Virus genome (UHGV): UHGV-0060500 | Origin: a virus | Length of the DNA: 52,459 bases | Reading direction: 5' to 3' (one strand) | In this document: one piece after another, positions 35,395-44,271 of the stretch | Layout of the letters: the number at the start of each line of letters is the position of its first letter | Position numbering within the stretch: the first letter of the stretch is position 1 | Position numbers and translations under genes: made by a program | Notes under the pieces: generated by a model | Databases searched by the model: none | What the model was told of the DNA's origin: nothing | Seen by the model: only the letters and a program-made list of their open reading frames with translations

Positions 35395-35424
35395 CTCCCC
35401 GGCGCGATGCCGGGGATTTTTTTT
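35395..35424 (+). terminator. Rho-independent terminator after the major capsid gene
   Basis: CTCCCCGGCGCGATGCCGGGGA followed by TTTTTTTT. Confidence 0.7.
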
Positions 35425-35442
35425 GTATGTGGAGCAAACAAA

Positions 35443-35829
35443 ATGGTCACTACAGAACAGGCGCGGGAATATCTTGAAAGCCAGGGTATTGACCTGCCAG
35501 ACATTATCTTATCTTTGCTGGTGGAGCAGGCAAATAGCGTTAATGAATGCCTTGATGCCAACTATCCGGCCTCCACTGCAACATTGATTCAGCTTTATCT
35601 GATTGGCCTGTTAGGACTAAGCCAGGCTGATAAATACGTTTCCTCGCAGACTGGGCCGAACGGTGCGAGTCAGTCATACCGCTATGTCGATTTCAACAAA
35701 CGATGGAAGGCGGCCTATTCGTTGCTTTACTCCATTGATAAACATCACTGTACAGCCGAACTGATTCCAGCAGATCCAGAAAACACCGCGCACGCAGGGC
35801 TTTGGATAGGTAAAAGTGGGAGGATGTAA
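35443..35829 (+). CDS. Head-tail connector / DNA packaging protein
   Basis: About 128 aa after the capsid terminator; SD GGAG. Confidence 0.45.
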   Translation: MVTTEQAREYLESQGIDLPDIILSLLVEQANSVNECLDANYPASTATLIQLYLIGLLGLSQADKYVSSQTGPNGASQSYRYVDFNKRWKAAYSLLYSIDKHHCTAELIPADPENTAHAGLWIGKSGRM

Positions 35830-35831
35830 CA

Positions 35832-36017
35832 ATGTGGAACGACCTGACATTACCGGATCCGTTATTGCCGAAACTGTTTACCCGCGTATGGGTGAAGACA
35901 GACACCGGGCGACAGGTAGCCGCCTACCTCAATGATGCTGGCGAATGGGTAATTCTTTGCCCGCGCGTGGCGAAAACCCATCCGAAAATTGTTAAATGGA
36001 GCTATGGCTATGAGTAA
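35832..36017 (+). CDS. Hypothetical head-tail joining protein (61 aa)
   Basis: ORF in the structural operon. Confidence 0.4.
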   Translation: MWNDLTLPDPLLPKLFTRVWVKTDTGRQVAAYLNDAGEWVILCPRVAKTHPKIVKWSYGYE

Positions 36018-36378
36018 GATCGCGAGATTCAGTTACAAGGCATTAGCCACCATTTACCCCGTAACGCGTGACGACTGGACAAACTCCGACGTATACGGTG
36101 CGCCATACCTGGTAGATTGTGCATGGGAGCGTACTGACGGAACCGCAACAGACGCAAACGGGAATGAGGTTAGCAACACGATAACCGTATATACCGAACT
36201 GCTTCACAAGATGCAGCCAGTGCAGCTCCCGGAAAAAGGATGGATGCTTGCCACTGGTGACACTACTGCTATTTCCGACCCGCTGGCGGCTGGGGCCAAC
36301 TTTATAACCGGAATCGTTGAATGGGACATGAGCATGTTTAACGACACGCCGGATTATAAGATCGTAACAGGGGGTTAA
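35989..36378 (+). CDS. Head-tail joining protein (about 125 aa)
   Basis: ORF in the structural operon; start uncertain (36004/36010). Confidence 0.45.
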   Translation: MLNGAMAMSKIARFSYKALATIYPVTRDDWTNSDVYGAPYLVDCAWERTDGTATDANGNEVSNTITVYTELLHKMQPVQLPEKGWMLATGDTTAISDPLAAGANFITGIVEWDMSMFNDTPDYKIVTGG

Positions 36379-36380
36379 TT

Positions 36381-36845
36381 ATGCCTATTAAGGGCGTTAA
36401 ACGCGTCAGGGAGCGATTGAAGCAGGAGCTAAAGGAAATTACAGACAGAAAAACGCACGATGTATTATGGCGAGTGGGGCTTGTTGCTGGTGGATTTGCT
36501 GCAAATATGACGCCGATCGATACTGGTTTTTTAATTAACAGTCAATTCCAGTATATAGGTGACACTCCTGAGGGTATGCAATTACGTCTGGGTTATACCG
36601 CCCGCTACGCTGAATGGGTGCATGACATGCCGGGCACATTAAAAGGCCAGCCGCGCGAACATTTCGGGAAAACAAATAACCTTTCAGATTTCGGGCCGAA
36701 ACAGGTAATTGAGTTCGGCGGCGGTACTGGAAAAGGTAAATATTGGGACCCAAACGCGGAGCCGGAATTTTTGCGCAAGGCATTCGAAGATCCAAACAAC
36801 GCCGACGATATTTATAAAGAGATTGTAGAAGGTTACAAAACATGA
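36381..36845 (+). CDS. Tail component (HK97 gp10-like)
   Basis: 154 aa in the head-tail joining block. Confidence 0.45.
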   Translation: MPIKGVKRVRERLKQELKEITDRKTHDVLWRVGLVAGGFAANMTPIDTGFLINSQFQYIGDTPEGMQLRLGYTARYAEWVHDMPGTLKGQPREHFGKTNNLSDFGPKQVIEFGGGTGKGKYWDPNAEPEFLRKAFEDPNNADDIYKEIVEGYKT

Positions 36846-37228
36846 AACGCAGCGAAGTATACGACGAAATAAGGGATTGGATTAAATCCCACGGATACGA
36901 TGAGGGCTATATTTTGCAGGCCCGTTTCTGGAATGAGCGGAGCAATTCGAATAATGACAGATACATCGTAATCCAGCAAAACGGCGGCGCGGCGGGAGAA
37001 GAGGCGATAACCCGTGACTATTTTCGCATCCTGGTTATTTCAGCGCGTAACGATGCAAATATTAGTGAAGTGGAAGACCTCGCCGACGCAATACGTCAAA
37101 GTATGATAACCGAGTATAAAACTGATAAAATTACACACATGAAGCCAGTTGGCGCTATTCCCGCAATGCAGACGAGAGAAGGGCGCTTTATTTTTACCGT
37201 AGCTTTTCAAACCATAATATCCAGATAA
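36842..37228 (+). CDS. Tail completion / terminator-like protein
   Basis: 128 aa immediately upstream of the major tail gene. Confidence 0.45.
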   Translation: MKRSEVYDEIRDWIKSHGYDEGYILQARFWNERSNSNNDRYIVIQQNGGAAGEEAITRDYFRILVISARNDANISEVEDLADAIRQSMITEYKTDKITHMKPVGAIPAMQTREGRFIFTVAFQTIISR

Positions 37229-37241
37229 GAGGTAACTAAAC

Positions 37242-37718
37242 ATGTCTCAGACTTGCGAAAAAGGCACGTTTACAGGCCGTGACGTTGCTGTATTCTTCGC
37301 TATCGCTTGTCCAAATGCGAAGCCGGAAGCTGAAGCGTACAAAGCGTTAGGCATGATGCGTGGTAAAACACTTTCCGTTGAATGGGAAACCGCTGACGCC
37401 ACCGCCGATAAATCAGCCGATTACACGAAAGAATCAATGGTTACTTACAAATCCGTTTCTTTCTCCGGCGACGGTGTGTCCCGCACTGAAGAAATCCATA
37501 ATCAGAAAGCGCTGAAACGCCACGTAATTACGCCAGGTGAAACCACCGGATCACAACCTTATGTATGGCTGAAGATCGTTTCTCCTGTAGACGTAACTGA
37601 AGGCCCATTCCTTTGCACTTCCTTTAAAGAAGAAGATCCGCATGATGATGTTTCCACCTGGTCTATTGAGTGCGAAAGCGCTGGCAAGGTAACGGTAGGC
37701 GACGTTCCGCCAGCATAA
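37242..37718 (+). CDS. Major tail protein
   Basis: 158 aa; followed by a terminator and a chaperone-like gene, upstream of the tape measure. Confidence 0.6.
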   Translation: MSQTCEKGTFTGRDVAVFFAIACPNAKPEAEAYKALGMMRGKTLSVEWETADATADKSADYTKESMVTYKSVSFSGDGVSRTEEIHNQKALKRHVITPGETTGSQPYVWLKIVSPVDVTEGPFLCTSFKEEDPHDDVSTWSIECESAGKVTVGDVPPA

Positions 37719-37735
37719 CAGCCAATATTAACAAT

Positions 37736-37761
37736 CGGGGCCATTTGGCCCCTTTTCTTTT
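37736..37761 (+). terminator. Rho-independent terminator after the major tail gene
   Basis: GGGGCCATTTGGCCCC followed by TTTTCTTTT. Confidence 0.65.
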
Positions 37762-37773
37762 AAGGTGAATACT

Positions 37774-38472
37774 ATGATCCATGTTCGTACAGGACAATTT
37801 GCTGCCGTGGTGAACGGTAAGCGCTATGAGTTTAATCCTTGCTTTGCTGCGATGGCTAAAATCGGCAACGATAGTGAGCTTGTCGAATATTTCGCACTTA
37901 TCCACGGCGGCAAATATCCATCACGATTGCCAGCAGATCCAGACCTACGCAATCGCATTCTGGCGCGGTGTTATGGTGAAATAGTTAAGACATCAATGCA
38001 CATCCTGAAATGTTGCTCAGACGACGAAATAGGCCCGTTATTGGGCGAATGCTGGTTTACTCCTTCGGGTAAGTTAAAGTTAAAGCCCGGATTAATGCCG
38101 ATCGAGGATATCATCACGCTTGCGCAGCACTGCATGTACCACGGTCTTATTGGTGATGGCCCGGAAGAAGAGTCCGGGGAAATCCCGGAAGGGGAATATA
38201 AGCCGACTTTTAACGTCCTTGAATTCGTCTATTCTGCCGTTGCTCACCTGGGCTTGTCAGAATCGGAAGCATGGAATATGACAATGACCGGATATAGGGC
38301 CGCTGTACGCGCTAAAACGCCGCCAGACGAAAGAAACGAGAAAAGCAAGCCAAACATTCACATAAATAAACGTGCTTATGACGAGCAAATGGAGGCCGCT
38401 AAAAAGGCACTAGAAAGAATGAAAAATCGTGAGCAAGAAAAGCCCGGTAGATCCGGGCGTTTTGCTAATTGA
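37774..38472 (+). CDS. Putative tail assembly chaperone
   Basis: About 233 aa between the major tail and tape measure genes; SD AAGGTGA. Confidence 0.45.
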   Translation: MIHVRTGQFAAVVNGKRYEFNPCFAAMAKIGNDSELVEYFALIHGGKYPSRLPADPDLRNRILARCYGEIVKTSMHILKCCSDDEIGPLLGECWFTPSGKLKLKPGLMPIEDIITLAQHCMYHGLIGDGPEEESGEIPEGEYKPTFNVLEFVYSAVAHLGLSESEAWNMTMTGYRAAVRAKTPPDERNEKSKPNIHINKRAYDEQMEAAKKALERMKNREQEKPGRSGRFAN

Positions 38473-38839
38473 AATCTTTAATTGCTGTACCTGGTGAACT
38501 GTGTGTGATTGTATTGTATACAGACTTTGCCTTACTGCGATCTTTCCATTCTTTTAGGATGCAGTTATCAAACTTTGCGATAACCCTTGAAGGGGATAAT
38601 TCTTCAACATCCATGTAAGTAAATCCTATCGTGCTGGTTACTGAATACCATACGTGATAACTATAATTACCGTCATGCTCGATTCTTTGTGGTTCCCCCA
38701 TTATTTTATTCACTTGCTCACAAGTCATTCCAACTTGCAAATTTTTATCAGCTAACTTAACGAAATCAGTTGATCTTGCGCACCCTGTAAGAGCTAAAGC
38801 CATAACACCAATGAGAACCGCTTTGATTATTTTTTTCAT
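38465..38839 (-). CDS. Lipoprotein (124 aa), antisense moron in the tail module
   Basis: Signal peptide with lipobox LTGC (MKKIIKAVLIGVMALALTGC). Confidence 0.6.
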   Translation of the reverse strand: MKKIIKAVLIGVMALALTGCARSTDFVKLADKNLQVGMTCEQVNKIMGEPQRIEHDGNYSYHVWYSVTSTIGFTYMDVEELSPSRVIAKFDNCILKEWKDRSKAKSVYNTITHSSPGTAIKDFN

Positions 38840-38849
38840 GATTTACCCC

Positions 38850-39509
38850 TTAATTCCAGTTGCAAGCGTTTTTCACTTTGTCGATGTGGTTATAAAGACC
38901 ATCAATGTTAAACACTGCTTTCTCAATGTCGCCAGCTTCCGGCACTACTTCAATGATGAATTGTTTTTCGTTAACCAGTTTTTTAATCATTGGGATGGCT
39001 TTTTTGCCGTCCCATAATCCAAGAGCTTTATAATTAGTTGACCGCCACCACTCAGTAGCTACAGCTTTGTGAACGCCGATCCGGTAGTTAATATAAGTAG
39101 TGTCCCCGGCGTCAGTTACATGGTGTGACCATGCTACGAACATTTTTGTTTTATTACCCTGGCAAGCGATTGTTAATACCGGTTTATTCTTATCCTGTGC
39201 CTTCAGTGTCGGGAAAGCATCAAGACTTCCGCTGAATTGTTCTGCTTTCACAAAAAGGAATACGTTTTTTGCGTCCTGCATATCATCTTTTCTTTCAACT
39301 ACAAGCCACTGTTTACCAGCATTTTCTTTTTCTAACTGTGCATCGTATGCGGCTTGTTTTGCTTGTTGTTCTGCAAGCCATTTAGCATTTTTCTCTGCTA
39401 ATGCTTGTTGCTCTTGATTGGTCACTATAGGCGCTTTTTCATTATCCTCATTGCAACCAACCAGACCCAATACCGCCGCAATCATTGCCACTTTTGCTAA
39501 CCGTTTCAT
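38850..39509 (-). CDS. Lipoprotein (219 aa), antisense moron in the tail module
   Basis: Signal peptide with lipobox LVGC (MKRLAKVAMIAAVLGLVGC); Gln/Ala-rich linker. Confidence 0.6.
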   Translation of the reverse strand: MKRLAKVAMIAAVLGLVGCNEDNEKAPIVTNQEQQALAEKNAKWLAEQQAKQAAYDAQLEKENAGKQWLVVERKDDMQDAKNVFLFVKAEQFSGSLDAFPTLKAQDKNKPVLTIACQGNKTKMFVAWSHHVTDAGDTTYINYRIGVHKAVATEWWRSTNYKALGLWDGKKAIPMIKKLVNEKQFIIEVVPEAGDIEKAVFNIDGLYNHIDKVKNACNWN

Positions 39510-39636
39510 AACCCACCACGCTAACTTGATTTACTGACCATTCCCTTTAGCTTCCTTATACAAAATGGAGTCGTTGAAGTAAAGCCATTTTGTATAAAAT
39601 AGATACACAGATCACATTTTTGCATGAGGTTAAATC

Positions 39637-41979
39637 ATGGCTACCAGTGTAGGTACAATTTATTACGAAGTTGATGCGAAAACTGGTCAACTTCTCGTTG
39701 CACAACGACAGGCAGACCAGGCCTTTGATCGTATAGAGCGCGGCGCAAAACAGGCTGACCGCCAGGTAAACACCCTGAAAACATCCATCAAGGCACTGAC
39801 CAGGGTTATCCATCTGCTAATTGCTGCGGAGGCTGTGCGCCAATTTATGGATATGGCGGAGCAAGCAAAAATGCTTCGCGTAAAAATCAAAATGCTTACG
39901 GGCGATGCGGAGTCCGCCGGACGGGTTTTCGACGGCCTGAAAGCAATATCCAGGGAGACGGGGCAGAGCCTGAAAGATACTGGCGAATTATGGCAAGGCC
40001 TGGCTATCTCACTAAAAAACACCTCCGCTACGGAAGGGCAATTGCTTAACCTGGTTGGCACTATTCAGAAAATGGGTGCATTAGGCGGCGCGTCAGCGGA
40101 ACAGATGTCTAACTCAATGCGTCAATTCCGTCAGTCTATCGACGGCGGTGTTCTTCGTGCCGAAGAATTTAACAGCCTGCTTGAAAATACGCCGACCATC
40201 GTACAAACAATGGCCCGCCATATGGGATTATCAATGGGCCAGTTCCGCGCCGAAATGCTGGACGGCAAGATCACGGCTGAAAGGATGGTTAACGCAATAC
40301 AGGCGGCTACGCAGGAAACAAACGATAAGTTTGCTCAGTTGCCGCGCACATCCGGCATGGCTATCAATGAGCTTAAAGTAGAAATTATGGGCCTTGTTGA
40401 GCAGTTGGATGATCTTTTTGGCGTGTCAGATGGCGTTGTTTCAGCTATCGACTTGATCACGAAAGGCGTTAAAGGGCTTGGCGATGGCGCTAAATTCGCT
40501 AAAACCTGCTTCGACACACTCAAAACGGCTGGTAGCGAATTTATCGACATGTTTGATGATGTGGCTGTTAAGGCTGGAGAGGTGGCAGAGAAGATCATCG
40601 CAATGGTGACGCCAATCAAGGCGCTAATGGATGGCTATAAATGGATGAAGGAGGTAGTAGGAGAGCAAACCGACGAATATAACAGCAACTACGAGAAGAA
40701 ATACGGGAAGACCGTTGGCAAGGTCATGCAACTACAGGATGATCTGACCGCAGCAATCCAGGCTACAGAAGAAGCAAGGAAAAATGAACAGAATGCTGCC
40801 AATGACGGAGCGATTACCGGATTCGACAAGCCAGTAGACAAGCCGAAAAAACAGAAAAAAGAGAAGAAATCGGAAGCTGATCGGCTTGGTGACAAAGGTA
40901 TAAGCGTTTCTGATCAGTATAACAAAGACGCCGCCGCCATGCGCAAAGCGTTGGAGAACGGCAAGGCCATTGATGCTGCATTTGCCCAGGGTAAAATCAC
41001 GCTCCTTGAGTACCGCGCCGCGCAAAAAGGGATCGGCAAGGAACTGAAAGAAGAATTAGCACAAATTCCGGTAGATGAATTGCGTGATAAATGGTCACAA
41101 ATAGTAAGCCCGATGGATCAGCTAAAAGGCGAAGTTGACCCCATCCAGCAGGCGCAAAATGAATGGGCCATCCGTAAGCAAATGCTTATAGACCTGGGCG
41201 CTACTGAAGCGCAACAGAAACAGGAATTGTTAGCCTATGAGCAACAGATCCGCGATCTGAAATGGGAACAATGGCAGGCGCAAAGCGACACAAACGGCCT
41301 TATCGGTGATTGTGTTAATGGCCTTAAAGGCGGAATGAGTAATGCGCTTGTTGGCCTGTTAAACGGCACTCAATCATTGAGTGATGTTTTTGCTAACTTA
41401 GGAAGCAATATACTCGGCAATATCGGTAACAGACTCTCAGACATAGCTGCAAACTGGATAGCAGATCAGATCATGATGGAGACACAAAGCAAGGCCACGC
41501 AAACAAGTACAACAGCAAGCGCGGTAGCAGCTCAGGGAAGCATTGCTGCGGCGGCGGCCCCAGCAGCGGCGGCAACTGCGGCGTCAACTGGCGGTAGCTG
41601 GGCGGCGGCTGGTTCGGCGGCGCTCACTGCGATCATGTCGCTGGCTACGTCAATTTTCGGCGGCGGTCGCTTTAATGGTGGTAGCGTCATTGGTGGTAAT
41701 ATGTACCGCGTAGGGGAACACAACAGGCCGGAGCTATTCCAGACATCTAACGGCAATCAATATATGATCCCTGGCGAGAACGGCAGAGTTATTCCTGGCC
41801 GTGATATTGGCGGCGGTGGCGGTATTAGTATGCCTGTCAGTATCAGCATTCAGACCACGAACGGATTCAGCGACGAAGACAGCCGCAGACTTGAATTAAC
41901 AATGGAACGTGTAGCCATGAAAATGATAACAAGGGAATCTCAAAGACCAGGCGGAATGTTGCAACCTCGCCGCAAATAA
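39637..41979 (+). CDS. Tail tape measure protein
   Basis: 780 aa, helical N-terminal two thirds, Gly/Ala-rich C-terminal region; position before gpM/L/K/I/J homologues. Confidence 0.8.
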   Translation: MATSVGTIYYEVDAKTGQLLVAQRQADQAFDRIERGAKQADRQVNTLKTSIKALTRVIHLLIAAEAVRQFMDMAEQAKMLRVKIKMLTGDAESAGRVFDGLKAISRETGQSLKDTGELWQGLAISLKNTSATEGQLLNLVGTIQKMGALGGASAEQMSNSMRQFRQSIDGGVLRAEEFNSLLENTPTIVQTMARHMGLSMGQFRAEMLDGKITAERMVNAIQAATQETNDKFAQLPRTSGMAINELKVEIMGLVEQLDDLFGVSDGVVSAIDLITKGVKGLGDGAKFAKTCFDTLKTAGSEFIDMFDDVAVKAGEVAEKIIAMVTPIKALMDGYKWMKEVVGEQTDEYNSNYEKKYGKTVGKVMQLQDDLTAAIQATEEARKNEQNAANDGAITGFDKPVDKPKKQKKEKKSEADRLGDKGISVSDQYNKDAAAMRKALENGKAIDAAFAQGKITLLEYRAAQKGIGKELKEELAQIPVDELRDKWSQIVSPMDQLKGEVDPIQQAQNEWAIRKQMLIDLGATEAQQKQELLAYEQQIRDLKWEQWQAQSDTNGLIGDCVNGLKGGMSNALVGLLNGTQSLSDVFANLGSNILGNIGNRLSDIAANWIADQIMMETQSKATQTSTTASAVAAQGSIAAAAAPAAAATAASTGGSWAAAGSAALTAIMSLATSIFGGGRFNGGSVIGGNMYRVGEHNRPELFQTSNGNQYMIPGENGRVIPGRDIGGGGGISMPVSISIQTTNGFSDEDSRRLELTMERVAMKMITRESQRPGGMLQPRRK

Positions 41980-41983
41980 ACTA

Positions 41984-42012
41984 AACCCCGGTGCAATGCC
42001 GGGGTTATTTTT
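41984..42012 (+). terminator. Rho-independent terminator after the tape measure gene
   Basis: AACCCCGGTGCAATGCCGGGGTT followed by ATTTTT. Confidence 0.7.
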
Positions 42013-42065
42013 CGTATTTATAAACGACCATTCCGCGCGATATATCCCCTTTCGAATATCTCGAC

Positions 42066-42320
42066 TCACTTATGAGTGCCTTTCACGCCACATAACTTGT
42101 TATAGGCATGGTGCTCAACAATTAACCAAACCTTCAAATCTTCGCTAAACAGCCTCCAATCAAGATTGATATCCATTTTGTATCCGTAACCGTCGCGTAA
42201 CTTTTTGGGGTAAACTTCTTTTCTCAGAAAGGCTTTAAGTAATTCCTTACCTTTCTTGATGATCCGGTCCTGTGCGTTTTTCTGTGCTTTCAGATTTCTG
42301 TCAATCGCTACCAGTTTCAT
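42066..42320 (-). CDS. Small basic protein (84 aa), possible RelE/YafQ-like toxin; antisense moron
   Basis: C-terminal ...DW...GTHK loosely resembles the YafQ C-terminal pattern (EPDW...RTGTHAALF) as recalled; low certainty. Confidence 0.4.
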   Translation of the reverse strand: MKLVAIDRNLKAQKNAQDRIIKKGKELLKAFLRKEVYPKKLRDGYGYKMDINLDWRLFSEDLKVWLIVEHHAYNKLCGVKGTHK

Positions 42321-42337
42321 AACTCACCCCATCATCC

Positions 42338-42493
42338 TTAGTTAAGTGCCTTCAGGAAGAAGTCCCGGTATTCATCTTCTTTCGCATTCATCATGAATTG
42401 ACCGTATTTGAATGCGTCGTCGAAACCCTTAACGATTGCTATTTCCACTTGTTCGAATGCGTTATTTAGCATTACTACTACATAGCGTTTCAT
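42338..42493 (-). CDS. Small protein (51 aa) upstream of and coupled to the 84 aa gene (possible antitoxin)
   Basis: ORF ending 17 bp before the next start; MKRYVVVMLNNAFEQVEIAIVKGFDDAFKYG... Confidence 0.35.
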   Translation of the reverse strand: MKRYVVVMLNNAFEQVEIAIVKGFDDAFKYGQFMMNAKEDEYRDFFLKALN

Positions 42494-42660
42494 TTTGGGC
42501 CTCCTTCGTTGGTACTACTTTCTTCTTGCTTTCTATATACATCTTGTTGCGTGCTATGTGAAGCCATTTTGTAAACTAGCTATAATCATTGTGACAATGA
42601 TCTTATTTTTCGCGTAGAAGCGCGTAAAGATATATACAAAATGTAACTTGTGGGGGTTTT

Positions 42661-43014
42661 ATGCCGGAAGTGTTCAGATGGACGCCGCAAAGAAGCTACA
42701 GCGTGACCAGGAAGCCAGACGTATCTGTTGTTAAGCTGGGCGATGGTTATGAGCAAAGACAGGTAAAAGGTATCAATCCATTGCTTGATAGCTACACCCT
42801 GGTGTTTAAAGGCAGTAGCGCCGGATGTGGTGATGGTGGAAACGTAGCAATCCAGGCGGAAGCATTCTTGAGGGCGCGCGGCGCGGTCGAGGCTTTTTAC
42901 TGGTCGCCGTCAATGGATAACGTGCAAAGGCTTTTTGTCTGTCGGCAATGGAGCATGACTAAAGACGGGCCTTTGTACACGCTAAACGCAACGTTTGAGC
43001 AAGTTGTTGGCTAA
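42661..43014 (+). CDS. Minor tail protein M (lambda gpM homologue)
   Basis: 117 aa; FRW...GDGYEQRQ...FYWSP...TFEQVVG matches lambda M closely as recalled. Confidence 0.85.
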   Translation: MPEVFRWTPQRSYSVTRKPDVSVVKLGDGYEQRQVKGINPLLDSYTLVFKGSSAGCGDGGNVAIQAEAFLRARGAVEAFYWSPSMDNVQRLFVCRQWSMTKDGPLYTLNATFEQVVG

Positions 43015-43211
43015 TGGGGGTTGTTATGTACGGGACTTGTGTAGTTGACAAAACTTACGCTTTTACATTGTTTGACGACTATGAGATCAACGACCTTACT
43101 GTAAAAGCTGACAACGGCGATATATGGTATCTTCACGACGTTGGTGATGGGTACGTTGGGTGTAGATCCCGGGAAGGGAAGGAGGTTTTATTTTTGGTTG
43201 ATGGCGTATAA
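43014..43211 (+). CDS. Hypothetical protein (65 aa)
   Basis: ORF coupled to gpM and followed by a terminator. Confidence 0.4.
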   Translation: MGVVMYGTCVVDKTYAFTLFDDYEINDLTVKADNGDIWYLHDVGDGYVGCRSREGKEVLFLVDGV

Positions 43212-43213
43212 AC

Positions 43214-43243
43214 ACGACCCCGCGCGAAGCGGGGTTATTTTTA
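43214..43243. terminator. Bidirectional rho-independent terminator
   Basis: GACCCCGCGCGAAGCGGGGTT followed by ATTTTTATT; between convergent genes. Confidence 0.65.
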
Positions 43244-43367
43244 TTCTATTTCCATTAATGCTATATTTTCTGCTATCGTTTTCCAGTCCAGATCTACAGC
43301 ATGAACGCCAAATACTATCAACCCCATTATTATTAGCGCCAAAACTTCTATTTTTATAATCAGTCAC

Positions 43368-43616
43368 CTATAAGTTATCACGCAGATAATTAACGCCCTT
43401 ATCAGTGACGAATGAATGGTTAACCTGGTTTTCATCCGTCATGATGATGAATAACTTTTCATGTAGGTATTTCGCTTTCGGGTACAGCGTTAAACAGACC
43501 TGGTACAGTATCCCGCGCTCAATCAGCAAATCAATAAATTCGTGTTCATGATAACCGATGAGGCGGGCGGCCTGTTTCAACGTGTACACATAATCACCGT
43601 GATTGCGCCGCCCCAT
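43368..43616 (-). CDS. Small HTH-like protein (82 aa), antisense moron
   Basis: YTLKQAARLIGYHEHEFIDLL resembles a helix-turn-helix. Confidence 0.4.
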   Translation of the reverse strand: MGRRNHGDYVYTLKQAARLIGYHEHEFIDLLIERGILYQVCLTLYPKAKYLHEKLFIIMTDENQVNHSFVTDKGVNYLRDNL

Positions 43617-43625
43617 GTTGCCGCC

Positions 43626-43973
43626 TTATTTATCGAATGCTGAAAGGTTATCGATACAGAAATCTTTCGCCGCTTTTTCGTATTCGCGTTTTGCTTCTGG
43701 ATCGTCAGCCGGGAAACCTTTTGCGTGTATTTCACCAGGGCAAGACTGGTCCATAGAATCTGCATAATAAGCAGTGAAGCTACCATTAATATCTTTCGGG
43801 TTCATATCTTCCACCTCATCAACTATCTGTACCGGATTAGCAGCATATTTCACTGGATGGCCTAAACTACATTCAAGAATCCTGCCTTCTTCCAGGGCTA
43901 CTTCTTCGCTATCAAATAATCCGAAACACTCCTTGCTACCACTTAACCACACATCAAGACTGTATTTTTTCAT
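43626..43973 (-). CDS. Hypothetical protein (about 115 aa) with N-terminal region paralogous to the upstream small gene
   Basis: MKKYSLDVWLSGSKECFGLFDSEEVALEEGRILECSLGHPVKY; SD GAGG before the ATG at 43973. Confidence 0.45.
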   Translation of the reverse strand: MKKYSLDVWLSGSKECFGLFDSEEVALEEGRILECSLGHPVKYAANPVQIVDEVEDMNPKDINGSFTAYYADSMDQSCPGEIHAKGFPADDPEAKREYEKAAKDFCIDNLSAFDK

Positions 43974-44142
43974 TTTTGTTAGCCTCATATTTGACAGGTT
44001 CGATCTGGTATCCCAAAAGGCGGTCATCCTCAGCAAGTAAAAGCGCGTCAACCAATGCTTCACCCTCGTCGTCATACAGGGCGATAACCTTTTCCCTACC
44101 GTCTGTCATGAATACCGTCAACTTCCATAGCTTTTCAGTCAT
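43954..44142 (-). CDS. Hypothetical small protein (about 62 aa), paralogue of the N-terminus of the next gene
   Basis: MTEKLWKLTVFMTDGREKVIALYDDEGEALVDALLLAEDDRLLGYQIEPVKY; SD GGAGGTG. Confidence 0.45.
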   Translation of the reverse strand: MTEKLWKLTVFMTDGREKVIALYDDEGEALVDALLLAEDDRLLGYQIEPVKYEANKNEKIQS

Positions 44143-44271
44143 AACGCACCTCCGCGCCATTTTGTTAACTATGCTTCCGTTTGAGTAAAATATACATATT
44201 GTAAAAACCGCGATCAATCCATTTTGGTATGATTTAGCGTGACGCAGATCACAGAATGACAAGGTGAGAAA

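Noticed and set aside
43954-44262. 102 aa version of the minus-strand ORF upstream of gpL
   Set aside because: The N-terminal 40 residues lack an SD and run into the gpL promoter region; the internal Met at 44142 with a GGAGGTG SD gives a 62 aa protein paralogous to its neighbour.
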